From Trichoplax sp. H2 (lineage: Eukaryota), in NCBI GenBank assembly GCA_003344405.1, contig NOWV01000216.1, forward strand, positions 1 to 64,000: a stretch of 64,000 nucleotides of DNA. The letters are read 5' to 3'. Shown one piece after another: positions 26,201 to 38,700 of the stretch; position 1 is the stretch's first letter, and each line of letters begins with the position of its first letter. The notes beneath the pieces are model-generated. The model was given only the letters and a program-made list of their open reading frames with translations, was not told the origin of the DNA and made no database searches. Both the position numbers and the translations under genes were made by a program.

Positions 26201-26629
26201 ACTGTAGCAGACAGTAACTCCACTTCTACAGGTGCATGGGTCAATAAAATAACTAGAGTATAATGAATTAATTATTACAGATATGCACAGTATCAATTCG
26301 GTTTATTGTGTGCTAATTAAAAAATACTGCAGTAACATCTTTCCATGGAGTTATTTGACTAATAATTCATCACTGGCCAGACTACTGTACCATGTCCATA
26401 TCAATAAATTGAAGATATGTCAACAGTATTTTTACTGTCCCATAATCACTGAGTGTTAGTTATATACAAACCGAAATCTCTACATATTTTCCTTTTCTTG
26501 TTGTCTAAAACTTGATTATCAGAAGTACTGCAATCATCACTATTTCCTTCCCTATAATGAGAAATAATAGAAGATATTTTATAAATCAATTAAAATTATT
26601 ATCCTGACCTTACAGACACTTCGATTTGA
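23263..26629 (-). CDS. UBE3A: HECT E3 ubiquitin ligase, UBE3A/E6AP-like, multi-exon; 5' end unresolved
   Basis: Large exon 25066-26141 ([36 protein letters not shown]); exon 24742-24887 ([24 protein letters not shown]); [18 protein letters not shown]; last exon [18 protein letters not shown] with catalytic Cys; phase-compatible upstream exons 26472-26551 and 26609-26629. Confidence 0.88.
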
Positions 26630-29619
26630 CTTCAAATGAGAAAATATGAAAGTTGTACAGTACAAACGGCATATTATAATTAGTGATATAATGGCTGTAC
26701 GAAATCAATCGTAAGTTATTTTATCGTTTGTTGCTCACAGCTACTTATAAAGCAAAGACGGCTGATGTCAGTACGACTGTGACATTAAGAAATGCTTCAT
26801 TAGCAAAGTCGGCAGATCTTATATGAGTTAAAGTTTAACTATCATTAAATTCGCGTACTATAACCTTGAATAGCGATTAGTAAGTAAGCAGATCATTGGC
26901 CGTTTAATCCTCTTACATCGAAGTATCGATCAAACCTATGCTAGACTTTGATTATATGTACTCTTGCCAAAACAGCAAGACTGTAGCTATTCTTATTTAA
27001 TAGTCATCAATTTTACATGAAGCCATTGTGCTATGTGGCTTGATTAAATGTACGAGTATATGATGTTTATAATTTATTAATAAAGTATTAACTCATCTAG
27101 ATGCAGAAAAGCTGCTTCCAATCATGGCCCCTAGCCCACAAGAGGGAAGTAAGAGTGCAAGGATGAAAATGAAATTAGCCAGTTAATTTATTGCTGATGC
27201 TAAATTGAATAATATCAATGTTGGCCATCTCGATGTGTAAAAGTTGTATCCAAGCATGATCTCTAGCACATAAAAGGAGAAGGTACTGGAAGGATAGATT
27301 AGAACAAGTCAGTTGATTTATCACTGTGGCCAAATTAAATGATGTCAATGTTTCATCAGTGCTTGTGTACTACCCAGCCTACTTTTCATCCATCCTTTTG
27401 TTATCATCGAGTTGCTAACAAAGTACTACCATCTAAGTTTAGCCGCCGCCAATGTGCTGTTTACTAGGCAAACTTCCCATTCTTTTTACTCAATTGTTGT
27501 AATCACATCGAAAGCTGACAGTTAGTACATGGTGGTTTACAATATCTTATTTGTACACCATTATTAGTGTAAACTTTGCCTAGCAGATTGATTGAATTTA
27601 TTCTGTCTGCATTACATTATTATCAGGTGCATGGATGAATGTTGCTGAAGGATAACAAAGCTGCATCCTATAACTATGATTTTGTATGATTGATAGGATG
27701 GGATCGCAGTTTACCCAGTAGATTTTGTTATTGATCTTACTGCACGTATTAGTAATATGAATGTTAATCCAATTTATAATAACATCGTATACGCATACAA
27801 TCATCCATCCATAGTTTATGTAGATGATTTTTTTATATATACATTCTGTTTATTCGTCACAACATCAAGCAACTGGATGATTGCTATTGAATACCAATGA
27901 ATGTTGATGAAGTTCCACCCTATGATGGAAATTTTCTAAGTTTTCTAAGCTAGAATTGTAGCTTAGCCGATTAAAATCTGTTGTTTATTTTTCCTGTTTT
28001 TTATTATTATGATCTGTTTTCTATTCCGTTGGCTAGTACATCAAGTTTATATGAATGTTAATAAAGTTACCCCACACAACTGCAATTATCTACGATCCAT
28101 CCGGCAATATTTAATCCAGTAGATATGAATCACTTTTCTTACGGTATGAAAGGGTAATATTGAGCGATAAGATTAGTATGGGTTATGATCAATCCTAACT
28201 CTACTTAAACATGGGAATACTAGTGATCTTAGCAGCAACTTATATTGACAACATCATCAAGCCGTTCAATTGAACATTGCAATTTCAACGCCGGTAGAAA
28301 GCGTATGGATTGATCCACCATAGCTATACCTTGCAAGCACATTCTACTCGCATGTATTCCATTATCGCTAATGGAAATGGATATTTTGCTAGAACTGCCA
28401 TCGATAGAAGAACTTACATTGTTTTTCGTTAACAGGAGATCTTCCAGTAACGATGTTGAGACGAAGTACTTGCACAGTGCTGAAGTTTTATAGCCTGCAA
28501 ATGACTTCGTTTTAGCCACAATAAGAAATGGGATACAACTTGATTTCAAATATATCTGCAATATAAAAATATTACAAGAATAAAATTAAATACCGTGCTG
28601 TATCTGTATGTAACGGTCGATCTGTCTAGTTCTATGTTAAACCAAGTACTGTAATTTTTATGTCCTTTGAGTAAATGGAAGCGTGCTGCGTAGAAAATAG
28701 AGTTTATGGTAATCTATACAGAATTCTTTAACAACGTGTTTTGTAAACATAGCAATCTAGTTACTGGTATGTTACACTGTTTATGCATGAATGAGTGATG
28801 ATACAGAAAAGGATTAATAAAAGTAGTTATAGCAATCATGACTGGCTGAATGAAGATCCAATGGATAGCCGAAAAGTATATTGTATGACATTGGATCATT
28901 GTCGATTTCATTGCTACAAGAGTAATGTATTCAAGGATTACGTCAAGTATTGAATCCATCATGGTAAGCCTTCTTTTTCTCCATAGTTTTTCTATTCCTT
29001 GATAAAATGTAATGTTTAACATCAAATTTGCACAACACCTTGTCTCTCTCTCTATCCACATCTAAAGACGCCACTTAAATAAATCATCCATGATTTTTTA
29101 CACAGTTCAACCAGTAGGAACAGCGTCCAAATATGCTTGGACGTCTCCTTTGTCTATTTGTACAGCAAGAATCCAATACAAGTATCTCTCATTTTCATCT
29201 GATTGACTACGATAGAAAACAGTAAGCAATGGAATAGTCTAAAAGGCTAAAAGCTTGGACTGTTCGCGTATACAACAGGGAGAAAAAATTGAAATCGCTA
29301 TCGTTCAATGAGCGAAGAGGATGGTTTGAGCGGCCTGAACATCGATGACGACAATCGGATAGCGATCGCCAGCCAACTGACGGAAACTATCACTGTCGAA
29401 TGCTAGCTTACTCGACTGTTTGTCAACAACTCCAATGCAAGAAATAAACTTAGCTAGCTATCCAAGTCCACTTACCTAGAAGATAACTTGAATTCAAGAG
29501 GAAAGCAACGAGCAATAGTCCGATTGATGTTGGAGAGACGAGCAGGCATCCAAGGCAACCCTTTGAGGAAGAAGGTTGAACCAGGCATCCAATGTCTGTC
29601 AGTCTGTTTGGCTGTACTC

Positions 29620-29652
29620 CCCTGTCACGTCACGCCGTTCAGTACGTCACCC
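29620..29652. promoter_or_regulatory. Two CRE-like sites (gtcacgtcac, tacgtcac) in the probable promoter of the minus-strand UBE3A-region transcript
   Basis: CpG-richer segment with two TGACGT half-sites ~150 bp upstream of a strong minus-strand donor (AG|GTAAGT at 29476/29475). Confidence 0.35.
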
Positions 29653-29869
29653 ATCGCCAGCCATCGGCCTGCCTGGTTTGTTGGTCTCCAGCCAGACTAA
29701 GCTTTAGACTGCGCTTCAAGGTCTTGTTTGAGCATTCGACTGGAGTGTTGTCCCTTGGCGACCGTTCATACAAGCGATAGCTATCTGTCGCTAACAGCCC
29801 ATTACTCCCTATCCTTGACTATAGGCAGAAAAAGACTTCAACAACAAGAGCTAACTTTCACCAACAGCG

Positions 29870-31700
29870 CTCTGCAGGAGCTAGTTATGGCCGATCTGGC
29901 AACAACGCCCGGACTAAATGATCCAGGAGTAGACTTGAGAAGGAGCCATTAGCTCATTTAACTACAATTCTGAGAAGCCAGTCATGGCCGATCATACAGC
30001 AATGTCCAGATTAATAGATGGCATCATAGAAGTGATAAAAATGATCAAGGAGTAGGAGGCTTAGCAACAATTTTGAGGAGCTAGTCATGGCCGATCTTGC
30101 AACAACGCCCAGACTAAAATGATCCAGGTGTAGACTTGAGAAGGAGCCATTAGCTCATTTAATTACAATTCTGAGAAGCCAGTCTTGGCTGATCTTGCAA
30201 CAACGTCCAGATTAATAGATGGCATCATAGAAGTGATGAAAATGATTTAGGAGTAGGAGGTTTAGCAACAATTTTGAGGAGCTAGTCATGGCCGATCTTG
30301 CAACAACGCCCAGACTAAAATGATCCAGGAGTAGACTTGAGAAGGAGCCATTAGCTCATTTAACTACAATTCTGAGAAGCCAGTCTTGGCTGATCTTGCA
30401 ACAACGTCCAGATTAATAAATGGCATCATAGAAGTGATGAAAATGATCCAGGAGTAGGAGGTTTAGCAACAATTTTGAGGAGCTAGTCATGGCCGATCTT
30501 GCAACAACGCCCAGACTAAAATGATCCAGGAGTAGACTTGAGAAGGAGCCATTAGCTCATTTAACTACAATTCTGAGAAGCCAGTCTTGGCTGATCTTGC
30601 AACAACGACAAGATTAATAAATGGCATCTTAGAGGTGATGAGAATGATTTCGCAGTAGACTTGAGAAGGAGGTTTAACAACAATTTTGAGGAGCTAGTCA
30701 TGGCCGATCTTGCAACAACGCCCAGACTAAAATGATCCAAACTTGAGAAGGAGCCATTAGCTCGTTTGACTACAATTCTGAGAAGCCAGTCTTGGCTGAT
30801 CTTGCAACAACGTCCAGATTAATAGATGGCATCATAGAAGTGATGAAAATGATCCAGGAGTAGGAGGTTTAACAACAATTCTGAGGAGCTAGTCATGGCC
30901 GATCTTGCAACAACGCCCAGACTAAAATGATCCAGGAGTAACCTTGAGAAGGAGCCATTAGCTCGTTTGACTACAATTCTGAGAAGCCAGTCTTGGCTGA
31001 TCTTGCAACAACGTCCAGATTAATAGATGGCATCATAGAAGTGATGAAAATGATCCAGGAGTAGGAGGTTTAACAACAAGTCTGAGGAGCTAGTCATGGC
31101 CGATCTTGCAACAACGCCCAGACTAAAATGATCCAGGAGTAGACCTAAGAAGGAGCCATTAGCTCATTTAACTACATTTCTGAGAAGCCAGTCATGGCCG
31201 ATCATGCAACAACATCCAGACTAATAGATGGCATCATAGAGGTGATAAGAATGATCCATGGGTAGACTTGAGAAGGAGGTTTAACCACAATACTGAGGAG
31301 CCAGCCATGGCGATCTTGCAACAACGCCCAGACTAATAGATAACATCATGGAGGTGATAAAAATGATCCAAGAATAGACCTAAGACTTACAGTAAGTCTA
31401 CTCCTGAATCGTTTTCCTCCTCTGTAGGATGATATAATTAGTCTGAAAGTTCTTGTTAAGATCGGCCATGTTTCTCGGAAATGCTGTTAAATGAGCCATT
31501 GACTCATTCAGTAGCACGTCTGAGAAGCCAGTCATGGCCAATCTTAGAAGTACAGATAACATCAAAGTAGTGATGAAAATGATGCAGGAGTAGACTTGAA
31601 AAAGAGCCATTGGCTCGTTCAACAGCCCTTCTAAGGCAGTCATGGCCGATCTTAGAAGATCGCCCAGCCTAACTTATATCATCCTAGAGGCGATGAAAAT
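29870..31700. repeat. Tandem satellite, 201-bp unit built from two related ~98 and ~103 bp subunits, about 7-9 units
   Basis: ctagtcatggccgatcttgcaacaacgcccagactaaaatgatccagg at 30081, 30282, 30483, 30694, 30889, 31090; sister subunit ccagtcttggctgatcttgcaacaacgtccag in between. Confidence 0.95.
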
Positions 31701-32759
31701 AATGTAAGCACGAGCACGACTAAAAGAGAGACGGACAGCAGATTGAGAAAGTGACTTGAAGAGATCAGGCTTGGCTAGCTGTAATCACTGGTCAAAGCTT
31801 TCTCTTTTCCTTGTTACTAGATTCTGAATAAAGTGATGCAGCTGACTTTGCTCAAGACTATATTACATACTTTTTCTTATCGCAGTTACCTACAAAAGGC
31901 AAACCCAGATCAAACTCAAAATAGCATTCGCCAATTCCATTATATTTCAGCAAAATTGAAAAACGTCAAACATACATCATGCCTCCTTTAAGGACATCAT
32001 GAAATAAATGTGTTTCTAGAAGATACCGTCTCTCTGTCGATCAGTAGATGCTGATAAAATTCTAAGATTAACATAAGCATGTACTAATGTAACATCAAAG
32101 CCAAACATTTATCAATCACTAAAAATCTATCCTGGAACAGCGTAAGGCATCATCATTTTACTCCGGTATACCATAATGTTGTACAGCCTACGATCGTATA
32201 CTACCAATACTACAATTTACTGTTTACATACCAAGCTATAAGATGACTACTATTATACTTTAGATCGTTAAATAGAAATAATTGATGGTACTCATAACGC
32301 CATCATGGTAAGCCAATGTGTATTCCTAATCTAACAATTCACTTTATGCACAATTTCCCATCATCGCATCATCACAAAATAGAATACCATTTTGAATTTA
32401 AACTATAAACGGAGAAAGAGATTTACAATAATGATAATTTCTCCTTTAAAGTCAATTGTCCACAACTTAAATCATACAGTAAAATGGTCAATACTTTGAA
32501 AGAACCGACTCTTTCAACATCAACCTATATTTTCGATTGCAACGCGTGACCATCCAATCAATAACGAATACATACTACTAACCAACATTACATTAGGCTT
32601 ATTATAGACAACGACAGTTTAGCAATTCCTTATATCGATCCAATGAAAAGTATTGGTCATATCGTAATTTCTGCGTCTTTCAATTAATCAAATTTTAATA
32701 TGATCTTAAAAATTGTCAATCTGCCACAAAATAATAACTTGAGCGCTCCATAAGCTATA

Positions 32760-35700
32760 TTATATTATATTAAAGTGTTTCTTTAATTCTTTAACCAAAA
32801 GCCAATCGCCTTTTTGCATCTCATCTCTAAAATAATTCTTCAAGACATCGATTGAATCTCGACTAATCTGGTTTGTAAAAAAGTTATGTACATTTCAATC
32901 ATACATTTCATAAATGACATTCTCATACAACTCAAGGTAAAATTATTTAAAAATATACCTTGCTGACAAGTAGATTAGTAGCATCGAAATGGCGCCCGTA
33001 TAATTTAGGTGCATCACCACCAATATTTTCGATCTTTATGCAAACTTCCTGACCTTTCTCGCCGCATTCAATCTGTTTATGATTCATTTCTACACTTGTA
33101 ACAACACCAATATCTACGTGCTGTGACATAATAAAAGTAGTCTTACCATTTATTCGCAAACTCATCAAATCTGTAAACACCTTTAAAGTAAGTAAATATT
33201 TGTATACCTCCTTAGTTAACGCTGTCAGTGGTGTACCACTTCGAATAGTACCATCTTCGATGCGCACTCCAACAACGATCGGATCGCGAGTATTGAAGAT
33301 ATATTGGGGTGCGATACGCAACTTTGCTGGAAATATTGCCAGATGTTTATGCTGTTCCTTTAATTTTTTTATCGCTTCCTAAATAGTACAAACGAAAACC
33401 AAATTTTGAATACAGATCAATTTTTGTAGCAATCAAGAACGCCTAGACCATAGTAAATGGGACGTACTCCACATTCAATGTTATTAACAGTTATTTATAA
33501 TAATGTATACTTATACTACTATCATAATCACACTTCTCAACTACTACACCTGTTAAAGGTACTACGACATCCCTCACCTCCCTAAAAGCCATAAATTTAT
33601 CAAATAAATGATAAATAATATCTGCAGAAAAGATTCTGACACCAAGTTTCTTAGCCATGTCGGTAGCATCTTGCTCAATTTTCACATCAAAGGCTAGGAT
33701 TACGGCATATCTAAAATGAACGTTGTATTTTCAGAAACTGTTCAGCTTATGCACCTAAGAAAATGAAAACAATTACTTGTTAACATTACGTTCTCCGGAA
33801 ACTTACTGAGCATCATGTTCCAGCATTACGGATGCTTTCATAACGTCCTTTTTATGCACAGGACCAACGTTAATACCTGAATACTATTTCCATTTAAGAA
33901 AAAAAATATATACCAACTTAACTCGTTTCTGCATTGTATCATGCATAATAAAAATCACTCATTTCTTGAATTATTGCGAACATACAGGAATTTTTGACGT
34001 TTTCAAAAATTCTATTAAAGCTTCTAATGAGCCAAGAGTCGAAGCTTGTACATATACACCACGATCCGATAATTTAATAGAATTTAAGGATTCTGCCAAT
34101 CTTGCGCTAACTTCTTCTTTTAGTATATCCACTTCATCTGGTTTCTTTGCAACAAGTACTGATGTACCAGCCAAGATTTTATCAAGATCTTTTCCGATAA
34201 TTTTAATGCCTTCTGCTGCTTCAATTTCGCTATGTTGTATATATTGACTCTACAAAACAATGACAATCGCCAGCATATAAAATTTATTTACTGTACAATA
34301 CGCGTATAATATGTGGCTAACGATACTATTATTACCAACCTTGACGCGAATTTCTTTCAGCGGCGGTGTTGTTAATAAAGCACGGGCTTGTGTTACAACA
34401 GGACCATCAAAACTGCTAAAGACTAACGTATCTCCTTCTCTCAATTTTCCGTTAGTTAGTACAACATCTACAGTAGTTCCAAGGCCAGGTAAGGCTTTTA
34501 CCTAATAAAACAGATATTAGCTTATAACTTGCACCTCTATTGGAAATAGGTAGAGAAATATTCACATCTTTTAAACGATACTACCTCCATAACGCTACAT
34601 TCGATTTCATTAGAATAAGAGAGTCTTGTTGTTAACATTGTCTGGCTCAACTTTACAATCAGGGCAATCAAATCTCCCATACCATCACCAGTTATTGCTG
34701 AAGTTGGTACAAGTGATACAAATTTTCGTGGATCTTGATTTTCGTGAAATAACGCAGCATTTAAACCCTACAGTAAAATTTTCAAAGGGCGTTAACATTT
34801 ACGAGCTAAATTTAATTGTGTAATTCATAATTACTGACTTGCTCAGCCAGTGCAGTGATAGCAATTCTACAACGGTCATCAAATTCAAGTTTAACATTCC
34901 GCTTTTGTTTCTTCAACGCATCAGCAACACTCGTATGAGGAGCTTTCTTCCATTCAAATAATCTATCAACCTAATATTGAAGCAATAAACCCTCAATGTG
35001 TGAACATTTCGTCACATTTACATAGCTATAGATGAAATCTAAAAAAGTTTAAACCTTATTTAAGGCAACAATAAATGGGGTTTTTCTCTTTTTTAACAGA
35101 TTAATCGATTCTATCGTTTGAGGTTCCAAGCCATGCATGAGATCAATTACCAAGATAGCAATATCACACAAGGATGAACCACGATTACGAAGATTACTAA
35201 ACGTTGAGAACTGCTCATTAATACTTTGAGAAAGCAAACACAGTAATCTAGACCAATCAACTATGCAGGTATCAGGCAAAAAAATACGATACCTGAAAGA
35301 CTCATGTCCTGGAGTGTCAATAATTAATAATCCCGGTAATTTTAAATCAAATGTAGCAAACTAGTTCAAAAATTAAATTTAAGAATGACAATCCGTAATT
35401 TATATGGTACAAACATTTATCCGTAAATTAATACATTTGTATGGATATTCATTAGTATTGTTATTATTCAAACGCAGGCAGCATTTAAATATTTGAAAAG
35501 TACCTCCTTAATATTTTTGGTTTGCTCCCTTATAGCTTCGACTGGCACCTTCGTTGCACCGATTTGCTGTGTAATTCCACCAGCCTCTCCATCTTGTACA
35601 TGAGTCCGCCTTATCTTATCAAGAATCTTTGTTTTACCCGTATCCACATGTCCAAGAACACAAATAACAGGGGCTCGTAATTTATTAGGGTCGCGGTTTT

Positions 35701-38700
35701 CTTCATTTTTCCGCCTACGCTCCTATCAAGATTTTGATAAAGTATTTCTTTCAATTAAAAACTACATAAAATAAACTTGAACAGCTGTAACATCATCTTT
35801 ATTTAAATTTTTCTCATTACTTGTATCCTATTTAAAGCTCTTTCACGCCGACCCTCAGCAGTAGTTGCGTCATCATCGCTATCGCTAGAACTTGATTCAG
35901 AAGATGATTCTTCTTCGTCAGATTCCTCCTCGCTTTCCGATTCTGCTACAGGTGATTGAACGTCAGGAGCCTTTCCAGCTTCTTGAGGTATTGCTTCGTC
36001 GACCTTAGCTTCTAAATGTATTTATATAATCTTGATATAATTTTGCAGATCCAGAAATAAATACTCAATTAAATATTTAATATACCCGTATCATCTTTAT
36101 CATCAACTTTCTCAAAATCCAATTTATCCCATGATTCAGCAGTTGCATTGTCATCTTGAGCAATTTCTTCTTTGATTCCTTTTAAAGAGGCAATAACGGT
36201 TAAGCTTATATAAAGTTATATAATAACAAGTCGACAAACTTTAACCGTGGATAATTATCAAAGAAACAGTTAATTTTAGCTTTATGCTTGATTACTTATT
36301 ACCTTCAATAGCTACTGACTCTTGCCTTTCTTTCATTACACTAGCACTTTCCTTTACAGATGCATCAGTTTGTTCTTGCGCTGACTGAGCATTATTTTGA
36401 TTCGATTTCTTCTTCTTGCCATACACAACCCGTTTTTTAGGTTTTTCCTCATCCGCTTCCAGACCGGTATCTGGGACACTAAAACCTTGCTGTCTCATAC
36501 TTTCCAAGCGAGCTTCAATTCTTGCTTTTTCTTGTTTTTGAGCTTTTGTCAATAATTTACCTTCTTTTTTGAGCCTTTCTTTACGTTCCTATTGAATCCA
36601 ATAATGTAGGTTACTTAAATGCAAGAAGCTGTTTGATACCTATCAATTCTATTTCTTAGGCTATTTAACATTGCTTCGAAAATAAAACGGTAACCTTTTC
36701 CTTTTGCTTCTTCCGCTCACGTTTCTCTTCCTCTAAACGTTTTTTTTCTAATCGAAGACGTTCTGCTTCTTCTTCCTTTCTTATTCTTTCTTCTTCCGCT
36801 GCTTTCATCGATTCTTCTTGAAGTCTTCTTTGTTCCAATGCTTCTTGCATTAGTTTAATTTTTGCTTTAGTAGGCTTTTTTGTTTTCGAGGCGTCGTCTT
36901 TTTCACCCTTCTTCTTCTTTTTTCTTTTCTTTTTCTTCTTACCTTCACCATCGCTTTCATCCTCTGATCCTGAAGAAGCTTTTTCTGCTGGTGGCTGTTC
37001 TTCTTTCTTTCCGGTTTCAGGCTTACCTGAGCATCAATTTATAACACAGCCATCTTACACAAGACCATCATTAACAAATCAACAAAATTATCATTTTCGG
37101 TGTTAAACAGCTACGTACCATGAGTTGGCTGTTCCGTAGTTGCATCAGCAGAAACTTCAGCTTTCTCATTACTTTCTGAGGCTTTAGACTCAGTTACCTT
37201 ACCTACGGTATAAACATAAAATTAGCATGAATTCTATGTTAACGATCATAGTCGGTGCCATAATGTATTTCAAAAAATGCAAGCGACCTTTCGGTTTCTG
37301 TTTTTGCTGTTTTTCTTTATCAGCTAACTTCTTAAGCCTTTCTCTCTCTTTCTTTTCTGCTTTCTTTTGAGCAGCAGATTTTATTACTACGCCTTCATCA
37401 TTGTCCGTCTTGGTGGTTTCTTTGACCTATGAAACAATGCATATTTTACCGTGGATGGAATTAGGCATAATCTAATAAGACGATTTCTAACGCAATACAG
37501 ATCAGATTAGCAAATAGAAGACATTAAGAAAATGTTGACAAACCTTTTCTGTTGTTTCTGTTTCAATATTTTCATCATTAACTTCTCTATTAAGTTATAA
37601 ATATGTAGCATAAAGTAGTCGCATTTATATCAATAATTTTAAATAAAATTGAGCATCCGTACCTCGTCGGTTTTTCTTCAACGCTAGCTGTGTCAGTAGC
37701 CATGCCCATTTCCTTCTTTATTTCCTCCAAATCATCATCACTATAATGCGAAAAAATTGTTAATTTTATTTGATAAGCTAAAAAAGGTAAGGTATTTATC
37801 ATGTATAATATTACAGTATTTATGCGTATAGAAGAAAATTTTTCATAGTGTTCAACAGGCAAATCAGCAGGCCCTTTATATTTTAGTTATTACTAACAGA
37901 TTCAGCAATAGCGCAATTTAATATGCGACACGATCATTTATAACGATATAGCAACCCGTTAGCAGGTAAATAGCCACGCCTAATATTAATTTTAGGCATG
38001 CGATTACTACTATGTGTCATTTTCTGATCAAATACTGTAACATTCATTATTACGCTGTATCGTTAAAGTTGGACATACTAATCGTCTATTTCTTTCTTTT
38101 TCTTGTTTTTCTTACTGCGACCTTTCGATTTCTTACTAGCTGCCACCTTTTCATCTTCTAAATCCATCTCTTTTATTAAGTCTGCCAAATCGTCTTCATC
38201 GCTAAAAGTGATTGAATAGCAACGATAGTTGTGTAATATCTTTAGACAAATTGCAGACAGCACTAATATAATCAACAAAATACGTAACATTACAGTATTT
38301 CTCCATGTGTCTTTCCTTTCTTCTTCGATTGAGTCTTGGGCTGAGCTTCGCTTTCAGGCTCTTCTTCATCCCTATGAAAATTGTATATCAAAATAAAATT
38401 TAGACATGGACTACTTATGGCGTTAAGCCTACATCAGTATCGACTTTTAAATGGGGATAAATAACATTAATGTATGAAATATAGCTAATGAATAAAAATG
38501 CTACCATTTTTGTTTCGTTTTCTTTCCCTTCGACTTGGCTCCTTTCTTTCCAGGATTTTGATTTTGACTGGCATCATCTGCTTCCGCATCAGCTTTATCA
38601 TCACTAAATACGAAGTCAACAGTATCAGTACATATCTAAGTTGAATATAATAATGGCTTCTATACAGTCAGTATGGTAACTGCATCACGTATAAGTATAA

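Noticed and set aside
5935..26629. Functional linkage of an NF-X1 gene and E6AP (human NFX1 is an HPV E6/E6AP target)
   Set aside because: The gene here is NFXL1-type and the known link needs a viral adaptor; proximity alone is not evidence
29728..31643. Repeat-encoded protein from the 201-bp (67-codon) array
   Set aside because: The ORF track shows only short ORFs at the array edges and none spanning the units
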